NCBI GenBank assembly: GCA_051294375.1
Contig: CM119264.1
Span: 23,061,955-23,125,954 of the forward strand
Reading direction: 5' to 3'
DNA: 64,000 bases
Source: Paraspadella gotoi
Taxonomy: Eukaryota > Animalia > Chaetognatha
The notes under the pieces are model-generated. The model worked only from the letters and a program-made list of their open reading frames with translations, was not told the origin of the DNA and searched no databases. The position numbers and the translations under genes were made by a program. Of the stretch, positions 35,986 through 64,000 are shown piece by piece; within the stretch, counting starts at the first letter, position 1, and every line of letters begins with the position of its first letter.

Positions 35986-38119
35986 CTTTGAAGGGGAACA
36001 AGAAAAGTTGTAGTATTTGAATTGAAAACTATTATCGGTAGACCTTAAACAGATAGTGCTTTCACAATTTGGTTATGTAAAATAAATAAACCAAATATCG
36101 CTATTTCTTTTTAAGAGCAGTTTTTTAAGCAAAATACATTTTTATTGTAATAAAGTAAATTTGTAATTCCCCTTAGGGGTCGGTTGGTCGATCAGTCGTT
36201 CTGTTTTTCCGGTGTTTTTTTAATTTTAATGCATGTAACTACTGTTTGTTCCATATCTTGAACATATAATTTATCTATGTCGTTCAATTGGTTTATTAAA
36301 AAAAAGAAGAGGGGAATGGAGAAATTCATGATTGCCATACACGCATGATTAATGATTATGTTTCATTACCAGTTCTTGAATCCCTGAGGAAAGCACGCGG
36401 CCTGTGAATCCGAACGTCATCACAATTGTCCGTCATGTAGTTTAGAAAAACTGGGAAGATGATGTCCATATCCAAGTCGCCAGGAATTTTCCCGTGATGT
36501 CTGACCGGTAAATATAGTGTTATGGTTGACTAAAATCCACCAACCGTTCATCAGCGGCCATTGGTGCCGGAGGCAAGTCATTCGCCTCCCAACCCAAAGG
36601 TCCGGGGTTCTATCCCGGTGGAAGTCTGGCAGTTAAGAGGGACGGGGCGCTTAACCCGCCTGTAACATGGTGTTACAGCCTGATCCGAAGCTCAGGGACT
36701 GCTTATATTGAACGGTTCTGTCACTAACACATAACAATTATCACTGTCTCTTCAGTGTTATCACGGAACCTTCTGTGACTTATGTCTTTCGCTTACGGTT
36801 AAAGCAACAAGATATCCATTTTAAAATTTCCTATATGTAGTGATTATGATATAAATATTAATTATGGTTATTACAATAATATTGAATTACTGATGATACT
36901 CAACATATTGTAATGTTACATGGAAGATGTTTGTTCCGGAATGATTCAGACAAAAAATATATATATATCAGAATAAAGGAATTAAGAAGACTTACAATTA
37001 TAATGTAATCTCTATCTCAAATAAAACCTTAAAAATATAGTAGTAATAATAATAATAACGATATATTGATAAAACAATAGTAATGAGAAACAATGATGAA
37101 CATAAACTTTAGCCAAATATTGGAATGATTAGAAGCATACAACAACAACAACAATAACAGTGACAGTAATGGTGACAATGATTTGCTCATAATGATATTA
37201 TTAGTATAATAATAAAATGGGATAATAGTATTGGATAATAATATTGTAATATAATGATACAATTGATAATGATGTTTAAAAAAAATCTTATTTATTTATA
37301 AACAATACTACGGAAGTTAAGAAGTTGTCTTTTTGTTTCTTTTTGTTTTTACCTATATGCGCCAAGATGAACTCCGTCCCACAATGCGTAGATGACTCTC
37401 CATTCATTCATCCATTTGATGAACCGCTGTTCTTGTGCATCATTCCAGTCAGGCAGATAAAGTGGCTCCTCATTGCTCCAGGAGCACAAGGGAGTCTCGA
37501 TTTTCTGAGTGTAATACCGACTGGAGTTAAACGGCATGACCGAGCCAATTATTGGAGTGTAATTGCCAGTTGAGTTGAACCGACTGTCAGACTCGATTTT
37601 CTCAGTGGAATCCCGCGTGAAGTTGTCGATCCTTACTTGGGTTACTGGAATCCTCGGAATATCTGATTTTAAAAGTTAGTTACTTTTAACTTGTTAATAA
37701 TGAGATTTGAATATAATACGATAAGTTGGGCAACCGACTCAGATAGTGTAATGGTTAAAAAATGGTAGTAAATGGTTAGCTAATAAATATTTTTGCAAAG
37801 TTAGTAGAAATTTTACTCTCCAAGACTCAGCAAATGATAAACCGTCATCCTTTGTAATAAAATCACCTTTTTCCACGGAGATTCGTCCAATCAGAGAGTA
37901 CTCGGTCAAATCCATCCGAGTTGCGTTTCTGGTTGCAATTTCATCTGCGATGCTTCTATCAGTGTATTGGTTATATTGAAACATTCCGTTTAAAACGACT
38001 GATGAAAAAGGATTTTACAATATAGAAGAATTTATGATCAACTAAAGTATTCACTCACTAGTAATAAATCCTGCGATGCAGATCAGCGACTGCATTCGGA
38101 AACTGAAACTTTTCTTCAT
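35261..38119 (-). CDS. LicD/fukutin-FKRP-family phosphotransferase (nucleotidyltransferase fold), type II membrane protein, 5 exons
   Basis: Exons 38119-38059, 37998-37867 (alternative donor 37843), 37662-37353, 36500-36370 and 35985-35261 are all GT-AG with compatible phases (1,1,2,1). Spliced protein: MKKSFSFRMQSLICIAGFITIVLNGMF (basic N-terminus plus hydrophobic anchor) ... VIYALWDGVHLGAYR|HHGKIPGDLDMDII, matching the LicD consensus YxLxxGTLLGAVRHxGxIPWDxDxDI across an intron ... ALRLEYNSTLEQLLTP. Confidence 0.85.
36370..36500 (-). CDS. LicD-family gene exon 4 (catalytic DxD motif)
   Basis: (R)HHGKIPGDLDMDIIFPVFLNYMTDNCDDVRIHRPRAFLRDSRT; AG acceptor, GTAATG donor; phase 2 in, phase 1 out. 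Confidence 0.88.
36555..36800 (+). mobile_element. Putative tRNA-derived SINE (tRNA-Gly-like head) in intron 3 of the LicD gene
   Basis: A-box-like TGGTGCCGGAGG, TTCGCCTCCCA as in the tRNA-Gly(CCC) anticodon arm, B-box GGTTCTATCCC (~36606). The cloverleaf stems do not pair, so it is not a tRNA. It forms a GC-richer island in an AT-rich intron. 3' end not defined. Confidence 0.55.
37353..37662 (-). CDS. LicD-family gene exon 3
   Basis: Acceptor TTTTAAAATCAG; 310 nt open, ending ...WRVIYALWDGVHLGAY(R); donor GTAAAA; phase 2. Confidence 0.85.
37867..37998 (-). CDS. LicD-family gene exon 2 (stem region)
   Basis: Acceptor CTTTTTCATCAG; IVLNGMFQYNQYTDRS...ISVEK; phase-1 donor GTGATT (a second phase-1 GT at 37842 is possible). 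Confidence 0.7.
38059..38119 (-). CDS. LicD-family gene exon 1 (start, signal anchor)
   Basis: ATG at 38119; MKKSFSFRMQSLICIAGFIT; donor GTGAGT; phase 1. Confidence 0.7.
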
Positions 38120-38647
38120 GGCACATTTAATGATTATTACTTAATTCGAATAATACTGTGTAAGTTAAAGTTGTAAAAGAAAATTATTCGAGTTCGAATC
38201 GCTCAATAAAAAAAATTCATTACGAATGAAAAAGCGAAAAATACTTAGAAATTAGGAATGAGGATAACAGGATAGGAGAAGAAAAATAAAACGTGGGAAA
38301 TAAAAAAAATTGAAACAAAAATTGAAAGCTCGGGCAGTAAAGGAAAAAAATTAGAAACAGAAGGAAATAAAGTGGAAGAAAGAAGTTTGGTCAAACATTG
38401 TCCAGTCTGGCCTCCGAAATTTAGCTACAATATGCAGATCCGCTGATTAGTAATGGTATTTCTTAGTTTATTATATAATTTATATTATTATTTTTATTAA
38501 GAACAGGAATGTAGATGCCGCGTAGAAATTATTTAATCTTAGTTTCAATTGCATCATTTTGGGTTTGGTGGAGTTTGTTGCTCTTGTAGAAATACCTCAA
38601 TGCATTGAGGCGGCAGCCAGAATGGCAACAGAGACGATATTGAATGT

Positions 38648-38704
<57 letters not shown>

Positions 38705-38959
38705 CGTTTTTCTACTTTTATAACTTTCTTTCTTCTTTTTTATATCTCTTTTTTAATTTTTTTTTATTTCATTCTTGTTATATTTCTCTTTCCTGTCCTC
38801 TTTGTTATCATTATTCTCTGTTTTCACTCTTTTATTCTTTCCTATTTCTATCTTTCCATCCACTTTCCATCTACCTTCCTTCTCTTTAAATTCATTTGCA
38901 TATTTGCGTTGATGGGTTTTAGAATGGTAGCTTTTCACTGTCGTCGAGAGATTTAGCAG

Positions 38960-38998
<39 letters not shown>

Positions 38999-40348
38999 GA
39001 GTGAGAGTGAGAGAGAGATAGAGGGAGAAAAAAAGCGAAAACTGATATTGTTTGTTACTATTAACAATTAAGAACCGGTAAAAACGTTTAAAAAAAAAAG
39101 CTTCTGAAAATTGAAGAAATTAGAAAAAGAAGAGAAACGAATTGGATCATCTCTTCAGGAGGCATCCGCGGTCTCTGGCAGCAGAACGACGCCCCAATTA
39201 ATCTCTCCAATTCGTCCTACTTAAGCGTCCGTGCTTGCAACTGCTTGCCCCATTTATAAGCCAGGGTTTGACTCACTTAAGAGATACGCTTGCCCGACTA
39301 AGGAGACAGGGCTTGTTCCAGTTTGCTCTTAACGTACTTTAGTGCACGATATCGATTATCGACCACACAAAAACAAGGGCAAAGGAAGACTTCTGTAGTT
39401 TGCTTTAAATTAATTCTAAAACTTTTTCAACAAAGGGTACAAATAGTATGCAGTCAGGTCACGTGATTGACGCCGTCGTCGTGAACGTCGTCGTAATTGT
39501 CAGCTTTGTCGTCCTCGTCACCCTAGAGGCGGTATTTACTATGACGACGTTGTTAACTACTCAAACGACCATCTCTCTCTCTCTCTCTCTCTTCCTCTCT
39601 CTCTCTCTTCTTCTCTCTCTCTCTCTCTCTCTGTCTCTCACACAAATCGATGACACTAACTGAATAAGAAAAAAATCTCTTGATCATCCAGATCATTAGG
39701 AATCCCACGCTCACCCTTCCTCCCTCTCTCAATATTGTTTTCTTCTCGTTTAATTCTTTTTCTTTGGTTCTTTTTATTCTTTTTCTCTTCTTTTTATTTT
39801 CTTTTACTTCCATACTTACATACTTACATACTCTATATAAAGAATATATTTAAATCTAATATATAGGGAAATTTCTAAAATTTTTACATTTATTTTAAAA
39901 TTTTAATATAAATTTTTAAAGTCTAATTTAGTAAAACAAATAATCTTGTAATTTTTTATATATCTAATTTTGCTTTTATTCTCATACTACCTTACTTTTT
40001 ATCTTCTCACCTATTTTCTCTCCCCCAATCTTCTCTCCCTTTTTCAAAATTTTTATTCTAACCCATTTCTTTTTTTTCCTTTTTAATTTCCTTTCTTATT
40101 TTTATTCCACCCCCCTCTCCCTCTTTTCCCCTCATTTCCATCGCCGCTTCCTCGGAAACAATCCGTTTCGACGTTCCAGACATTCATTACGTCTCTTGGC
40201 TCTCTCTCTCTCTCTCTCTCGTCTTATTCTCCTCTCTCTCTCTCTCTCTCTCTCGTCTCTCTCTCTCCTCTCTATCTCTCTCTGCTCTCTCTCTCTCTCT
40301 CCTTCTCTCTCTCTCTCTCTCTCCTTTTCTCTCTCTCTCTCTCTTCTT

Positions 40349-40381
<33 letters not shown>

Positions 40382-40411
40382 CTCTCTCTCTCCTCTCTCT
40401 CTCTCTTCTCT

Positions 40412-40458
<47 letters not shown>

Positions 40459-41083
40459 AACTACGAGGCCACGGTCGAGCATAACAAAGTGTCCCAACAC
40501 GTTTTCCCATTTAGTTTCTTTCCTTTTTTTTTACTTCGAATTGAAGGGAAGAGAATCCAAATTCCCAAAATGAGGAAAGGAAAACGTTGAACCAAAAGAC
40601 ATTGTGGTCTGAATAAAGGGAACTGTGGGCGATTGTAGATTGTGAAATTGTGAATAAATTTTGAACAAAATGTTTATAGCAGCAAAGAAAACAAATTAAA
40701 AGTAAACAAACTGAATAAATAAAGTAATAAAACAAAGAAAAACTAATATTCTGGACTTGACACATTTTATGTTTCTCGTTTTTCTATTTCTTCTCCCCGA
40801 TCCTGATAATTTGTTTTCCAGTTTAACAGATGTTTCGCTCAAATAAAAACAATGATTCATCTCGTGGTGGTCATTAATCCTTTCTCTCTCTGACTCTGTA
40901 TCTTTTTTCTTTTCTCTCTTATTCTCTCTCTCTCTCTCTCTGTCTTTTTTTTTCTCTCTATCTCTTTCTCTATCTCTCTCTTCCTTGCCCTAAAGCTTGG
41001 TGGACCCAGAAATCCACTCAGAGAGTCACTCAGTCGGAGCGATTGGAAAAAAGGAATTTTACCTCTCTCTCTCTCTCTCTCTC

Positions 41084-41147
<64 letters not shown>

Positions 41148-43804
41148 CCGACCCGTCCTCCTACCCTCTCATTCTCTGCTGTTCCTTTGTTTCCTTGTTT
41201 TGTTTTCTTCTAGTTTTTTGACGCAGGGCGTCGCTACTCGTTGCGGTGGAAAGAAATATGGTTGAAGCGTCGAGGCGAAACGAAACAAATGAACAGACCG
41301 CGTCGAGGGAAAAGATGAAGAGGGAAAAGAGAGGAAAACACGAGGCATACAATGAGAAGGAAAGTGAAAAAAATATGAAGGGAGTGTGAGGGAGAAAATG
41401 TAGGAGTGAAGCGTCAGCGTCGCGGAAAACTCGCTTTCTGTCATTTGGGATTTTATCCTGAAATTTCAATAAAATAATAAGATATGATATTTTTTCGATA
41501 AAAATGAAAAGCAAAAACAAAAGTGAAGGCAAATATAGACAAGAAGTTGAAAATATTTTGAATAAAACCTTGCAATCCAAACGCGATTTTAAAAACAAGA
41601 ATTACAAGACACAAAAGTATAAAATGACATTCGTCGACAAAAAAACAAAAAAAAAAACAAACTTTTTCTATATATTTTTTCTCTTCTTTTTTTTTCTTCG
41701 GCTACGAATTTAACTTCTCGCTTTTTTTTCACTTCGCTTATTTTTCTGTCTGTTTTCGGTTTTATCTTTATTTTCATTTTCTGTCTTCCTCTTCTCTCCG
41801 CTTTACTTTCTTTCCTCACTTTTCTTCTTTACTTTTTCACCGACCTTATTGTATTCCCCAACCCTATTGCTATCACTTCTTCGATGTTGTCTTTCCCTTC
41901 GCTTACATTTTTCTCTCTTTTCCTCTTTTCTTCCNNNNNNNNNNNNNNNNNNNNNNNNNTACTCCTCATCAGTTTTTCACTTCAATATTACTTTCTCTCT
42001 CTCATTCCCCCATTTCTTCTCTCTCTCCCCCTCTCCCCGCAACTTCTCGTTCATTTCCCCCTTCTCTCTCCCCGCTGCCACCTTTCGCCGTTTACAGATC
42101 CCCATCCCTTCATCTCTCCCCCTTCTCGTGCTTGATTCTCCGCCGCCGTGCCGCTGCCCCGTGGGACCATGTTTTGCTTTAAGACGGATTGTCTTGATTT
42201 CCCACAGTTCCAACACAAGCGGCTTCTCATTCCATTTTCCGACGAATCAATATTCGATTCCAATGTTATCCTCCTCTCTCTCTCCCCCTCTCTCCCTTCT
42301 CCCTCCTCCCCTCTCTTCTTCACTTCTCCCTCTCTCCTTCGCTTCTTCTATTTCTCCCCTCTCCTCTTTCTCGTCCTTCTCTCTCCGCCCTTCTCTCTCA
42401 CACAATCAATCCCCGGCTTCCGCCGTGATCCCATCCCCTCTTGTCTCTCCCACCTACTCGTCATTCGCCGCACCCCCCCTGTCTCAACCTAGTTCTCCCC
42501 CCTTTGCAGCTCAGTCTAATATTTCTCTAACCTCTTCTCTTCGTCCGACGTGTCTTTCTCATCCGTTTCGACGTTTGCTCTGACCATCGTTGCCTTCCTC
42601 TCAGAGTGTTGGTACTTCTTACAAGTGCCGTTAAATATGGAGCAAACACTCTCCTACTCCTATCGTCTCTCTGTTCCACCTTTCCTCGTATCCGTAGACT
42701 TCTTACCAATTCCCTGCTCACTTTTCTTCTACTTCCGCCCCCTTTTCTCCCTTTATCCACCCTTTGCTGAAATTTAATAGCCCACCATTGTCTCCTCTTC
42801 TGCATCCACGCATACGAGATTTGTTACGTGGCCATCTGTGCACTCCCCCCATGCATCTACGCCCCTCAATAAGGGCGTAGTTGAAACGCTCCTCGCCAGA
42901 TCACACTCTCGCTCGTCAATCTTCGAAACATGTTGTGCGACGAAAGAATATTTTTTCACCTTATATGAGTCAAATATTACATAATTCTTAATTAGCCCCC
43001 CACTCTTCTCTCCCCCCGCAGCATTACCCTCAGAAAAAAATGTATGTTTTCTCTCACGTTCAGAATACAATATTTCAATCTACTATAATCTATGCTTCAT
43101 GATAACATTCCATTTTAACCGCGGCCCCTTTCTCTCTCTTTATACATTTAGCCATTCTTATCTCGATCATTTCTTTCCATCTCCTCGTGCTCCCCTCTTT
43201 GCTTGTCGTATCTTCGCTCTCCGCTCGTCTTTCTCACTTTCAGTCTCTCCTCACTCCCGAGCTCTCTCTCTCGCTCTCTCTCCCGCGCCCTCGGTGTGTG
43301 AAGTGCTCGCTGGTTTATCTCGTGATGTACACGTCAGCCTGGCGACTGGTGTGTGAGTGTCTTTTATGACGACGCCCTCGTCCTCGATTCCCCCTTATTG
43401 TCTCTTTTACCCAACCCGCAGGTAATCTCGCTCTAATCTATACACGTAACGAGGTTCCCCTCCGCGGACAATTGTCTCTTGCGCCCCCCCTTCCTCGCTA
43501 GACTTCCTTTTCGCGCCCCGCGGTGTTCCGCTGCCAGACCCGACTGATATTGCATAATACGATTTCCGAGACGCCAGCAGGCATCCGACTCTTATGTAAA
43601 TGTCTTCAAAACCATAAATCAGCCTTCTTATATAACGCGATAGAGTTGGCTTCCTATATACTAATATGATCAGGCCTTTGTTGGGTACTTCCCATAATAA
43701 GTGTGTTCTAATAAAGGCGGTCGTCGTCGTCGTTAGCTTCATCGTCGTTATTCTCGTGGACCCCAATCTCATTGTCTGGATTATGGTCAACTCAATCGTG
43801 GTTA

Positions 43805-43841
<37 letters not shown>

Positions 43842-43866
43842 NNNNNNNNNNNNNNNNNNNNNNNNN

Positions 43867-44280
43867 CCTTCTCGCCTCCCCCTTCCGCGTGACCCGCCTA
43901 TTCCTCTCATACCCCCTTCCCGTGATCCCCCTTTCTCCCCTTCTCCCTTTCCTTCTCTTTCTCCTGTTCATCTCCCCTCCTTCCTCTTCTTTCCCCCTTC
44001 TTTCTCCGCTTGATTTCTTTTCCCCTTTTTTCTATTTTCTTCCTTTTCCAGTCCCTCTTCCATTCCTCCTGATCTCGACGCGTCTGGTTCAGACGCTAAC
44101 TGCAATTAAAAACTTTTTTTTCGATGAATCTCCGCGCGGAATTCCCGACCTAGGCTTTTTCGTCGTCGTCGGTCGTCGTCGTTAGCTTCATCGTCGTTAT
44201 TCTCGTGGACCCCAATCTCATTGTCTGGATTATGGTCAACTCAATCGTGGTTACATCATCATCATACAATCATCAATCTC

Positions 44281-44317
<37 letters not shown>

Positions 44318-45218
44318 TTCATTGTCGTCAAAGTCGTCGATCATTCGATCATCTTCGTCACTCTCATCGTCGTCGTCAACATTTTCATCTTCGTCGTCGT
44401 CGTCATCTTCACTATCGTCGCCGGGAGAAAAAACGCGTGACGCAGATGTCGAAGTCAGAAAGGAAGAGAAACTGCGAGGATTTGTCACTTTAGTTGGGAC
44501 CGGATACTTTTTATGACGAGTTCCCACTCCGTTTTGGCGGGAAAACTTTTCGTCTCAATGAGAAGTGACAACCGACATTTTCATGTTTTAGTTATAGGTC
44601 ACTGACTGAGCGAAAATTGGTGTGTAAAAAAGAAATTACTAAATACGTATGTGGATAATATTAATAAATTTTGGTAATATTAATAAATATTAATAAGTCA
44701 TTAGTAATGAGTAAACATATGTAGATGAGAATAATTTTTTTATTTTTTTTAATATTTTCGAAAAAAAAATGTTTACANNNNNNNNNNNNNNNNNNNNNNN
44801 NNCCTTCTCGCCTCCCCCTTCCGCGTGACCCGCCTATTCCTCTCATACCCCCTTCCCGTGATCCCCCTTTCTCCCCTTCTCCCTTTCCTTCTCTTTCTCC
44901 TGTTCATCTCCCCTCCTTCCTCTTCTTTCCCCCTTCTTTCTCCGCTTGATTTCTTTTCCCCTTTTTTCTATTTTCTTCCTTTTCCAGTCCCTCTTCCATT
45001 CCTCCTGATCTCGACGCGTCTGGTTCAGACGCTAACTGCAATTAAAAACTTTTTTTTCGATGAATCTCCGCGCGGAATTCCCGACCTAGGCTTTTTCGTC
45101 GTCGTCGGTCGTCGTCGTTAGCTTCATCGTCGTTATTCTCGTGGACCCCAATCTCATTGTCTGGATTATGGTCAACTCAATCGTGGTTACATCATCATCA
45201 TACAATCATCAATCTCAA

Positions 45219-45251
<33 letters not shown>

Positions 45252-45350
45252 GATCATCATCATCTTGCATTGTCGTCAAAGTCGTCATAGTATTCGTCAT
45301 CTCGTCAGCATCATCATCAATCATCATCAAATCATCATCATCATCAAATC

Positions 45351-45385
<35 letters not shown>

Positions 45386-45845
45386 ATCTTCATTGTCCGT
45401 CAAAGTCGTCGATCTATTCGTATCATCTTCGTCCTCTCATCGTCGTCGTCAACATTTTCATCTTCCGTCGTCTCGTCATCTTCACATCGTCGCCGGGAGA
45501 AAAAAACGCGTGACGGCAGATGATCGAAGTCCAAGGAAGACGAAACTGCGGGATCGATCTTACGTCTGAAGACCGGATAACTTTTTAATGACGAGTTCCA
45601 ACATTCCGTTTTGCGGGAAAACTTTTGTCTCAAAATGAGAAGTGACAACGCGACATATTTTCATGTTTTAGTTATAGTCACTGACTGAGCGCAAAATTGG
45701 TGTGTAAAAATCTGAAATTACTAAATACGTATTGGATAGTATTAGATATAAATTTTGGTATAATATTAATAAATATTAATAAAGTCATTAGTAATCGAGT
45801 AAACATAGTGTAGATGAGAATATTATTTTTTTTATTTTCGTATTT
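43867..45845 (+). repeat. Tandem duplication of ~0.9-1 kb across 25-N gaps (43867-44777 vs 44803-~45845)
   Basis: Both copies start CCTTCTCGCCTCCCCCTTCCGCGTGACCCG right after a 25-N gap and are identical for ~410 nt. A third partial copy lies at ~43718-43841. Confidence 0.93.
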
Positions 45846-45944
45846 CAAGTTTGAAATTTTTGCACGTTTTTAAACGACAATGTTATCTATTATTAAGGAT
45901 TGTAATTTTGACTAAATGTTTTTTTTCTTTTTCGGGACGAGAGA

Positions 45945-45989
<45 letters not shown>

Positions 45990-46011
45990 AGAGAGAGAGA
46001 GGGAGAGGAAT

Positions 46012-46052
<41 letters not shown>

Positions 46053-47302
46053 TTATTATTGAACGGCGTCAAACACTCATAGGCGTCTATTTTGTCTCCG
46101 TCACATAACGAAAGTTTAGACTCTCGAATTTTTACCTGACATTTTCTTTTCTCCTCGTGGAAATTCCTCGTCTTCTTTTGTAGCGACGAGTTTGTCTCTT
46201 TGATGGAAACGAAAGAAAAGGAAAGGAAAGGAAAAGAAAGAAAGAAAAGAAAGAAAGAAAAGAAAGAAAGAAAAGGAAAAAGAAAAGAAAAAGGAGGAGA
46301 GAGGAAGGAAGAAAAGAAAGCAAAGAAATAAAAGGAAAATAAAGAAATAAAAAGAAAAGTAAGGGAAAATAAAATATAAGAAAAGAAAAGAAAAGAAAAG
46401 AATAAAAAAGAAAAGAAAGAAATAAAAAAATAAAGAAAGAGAAGAAAAGAAAGAAGAAAAGAAAAGATAAGAAGAAAAGATAAGAAGAAAGAAAAGAAAA
46501 AAGAAAAAGAAAAGAAGAAAAGAAGAAAAGAAAAGAAAAAAGAAAAGAAAGAAAGAAAAAAGAAAGAAAGAAAATAAAGAAAAAAAAAGAAGAAAAGAAT
46601 AGAAAAAAAAGGAAAAAAAAAGAATTATTTTTTCCTCTTGCCTTTCACACCTTTATTCTCCATAACTACCCCACCATCTTCACCACCTCAACCACCACAA
46701 CCACTCCACAACCACTCCACAACCTCAACCACCCGCCACCCAAACACCATTTCGCCCACAACCTTCTCACCCGATGCGTTTTCGAAAAGCGTTTTAGGTT
46801 ATGTATCGATGTTTCGGCGCCCGAGCGTCTCTCGAGCGCCACGCCCACTTTTGGCCCCGGGGTTTCGGCCACGCCCACTGGAGGGACGATGACGATTGTG
46901 ACGACGACGACGAAGATGGAATACTTACCTAGATTTTTTTTATAATCGAAACAGAGAAAAAAAAATATACAGTAAACTTAGAGAAAGAGAAAAGAATAAA
47001 GAAAAATCCTTAAATAATAATTATTGCTATAATAACTACAACACTGATAAAACCGACAATTAAAAAAAAATATGGGCACGCTCACGACATCTGGCTCACA
47101 AGACGACGACGACAACAACAACAACGACAACCCTCCGCCCCCCCTCGTCCCCCCCTTCCGTCCGAATCTCCTCGGATGACCTCGAGATGACCTTGAGTCT
47201 CCGAACTTTTCGCCCATCGATCCTTTTCTCTTTCCTCCACTCGGGTCTTAATCACCTAAAAAAGAGGAACGCAAATTATCTCCTTCACTCTTTCCTTTTT
47301 TT

Positions 47303-47404
<102 letters not shown>

Positions 47405-47936
47405 TTCTACTATCCCTCTCTTTCTATCTCTCTTTGGCTCTCGTTTTCCAACTCTATTATTTTTAGAAAGCCCAATACAGTAAATCATGATTTTGACAGA
47501 AAGTAATGAGAAAATCGAGGGACCTGGGGACCCCGGGCGACAGAACGCTGAGGACCTGGAGTCCCGAAGACCTAAAACCCCAAAGACCTTTAAACTAATA
47601 AAAAGTAACTATATGCAGACTTTCTAGATCATGAGCGTCTTTGAGACGAATCGAGACACTTTCTTGATTCGAAGAAGTAAAGACGACTCAGAGATGATAA
47701 TTACAGATGATTATTTCTGATTGAACGTCGAGTTCCCAACTTGCCCTTACATTTCAGTTAAAATCTCGCCTAATTCCCACACGGTCTTAATTTCGTATCA
47801 TTTGTACCAACGAGAATTTTTGTCATTTTTATCGTAATCCTCAAGTCTTATTCGAACTTTGCTCGTCCTTGGGATTAACCAGTGGATACTCACCAAAAGC
47901 CCTTACCCTATTTCCCCCCCCACCCCTTTCCTCCAG

Positions 47937-63472
<15,536 letters not shown>

Positions 63473-63561
63473 GTAAGTGGAAAAAAGCCCAGAAAAAACG
63501 GGGGGGAAAAGGGCCATAAAAGTGTGCGCTCTCTCTCTCTCACTCTCTCACTCTCTCGCTT

Positions 63562-63611
<50 letters not shown>

Positions 63612-63646
63612 CTCTCTCTTCTCTTTTCTCTTATACTCTTTCTCTT

Positions 63647-63701
<55 letters not shown>

Positions 63702-64000
63702 CTCTCTCCGCGGTCGCCTAAACGCGATGGAGCCAATTTCTTTTTACTTTTTTTTCTTTTTTGATCCCAAACAATCGACTTACGACGCAGCGGTCGCGCG
63801 TGATTGCACCGCGGATGGCACCGGGGATGCCATCGCATCTGGCACCGCGGATGACTCCGCATTGGCGCCGCAGTTGGTTTTACGGTGCCGACTGATTGCT
63901 AAACAATATGGTGGAGTGATTTCCTTAAGATTTGCGCCGTCGTACCTATTTCATGGCACTGCATTTAGCGCCGTATGAGTCGCCTTTCTTTGGAAAGACG

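Noticed and set aside
36555-36625. Functional tRNA-Gly gene
   Set aside because: The acceptor and anticodon stems do not pair. Only A/B-box-like motifs remain, so it is called a SINE head instead.
37817-37866. Extension of LicD exon 2 to the GTAAAA donor at 37816
   Set aside because: That donor is phase 0 and would give a stop (ATA TTC CGA GGA TTC CAG TAA) in exon 3. The phase-1 donors fit.
43772-45513. Poly-His / poly-Ser / poly-Asp ORFs and apparent gene duplication
   Set aside because: These are (CAT)n microsatellite translations. The duplication starts identically after two 25-N gaps, so it is most likely a gap-filling artefact.

Overview
This is AT-rich eukaryotic genomic DNA, probably from an invertebrate, dense in (GA/CT)n, (GAC)n and (CAT)n microsatellites. 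It has seven N gaps; five are exactly 25 N and are flanked by indel-rich, long-read-like sequence. Almost all ORFs in the supplied track are low-complexity artefacts. Supported content: (1) a full-length Ty3/Gypsy LTR retrotransposon of CsRN1/Kabuki type (~8822-15257: two LTRs, tRNA-Trp-like PBS, PPT, CHCC gag, frameshifted PR-RT-RH-IN). (2) A ~5 kb inverted duplication (15258-20340 vs ~22075-27146) whose second arm runs straight into the element's left flank, i.e. the empty pre-insertion site. (3) A 5-exon minus-strand gene for a type II membrane LicD/fukutin-FKRP-family phosphotransferase (38119->35261), with a tRNA-derived SINE-like insert in intron 3. (4) At least 11 phase-compatible plus-strand exons (47937-63472) of a multi-Ig-domain cell-surface protein of nephrin/Kirre/Sidestep type. 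In the Ig gene, one 3' splice site is amplified into a 13 x 32-bp minisatellite and one 5' splice site into a 6 x 45-bp minisatellite; supernumerary sites in both arrays lead to in-frame stops. Several local duplications near gaps are most likely assembly artefacts.
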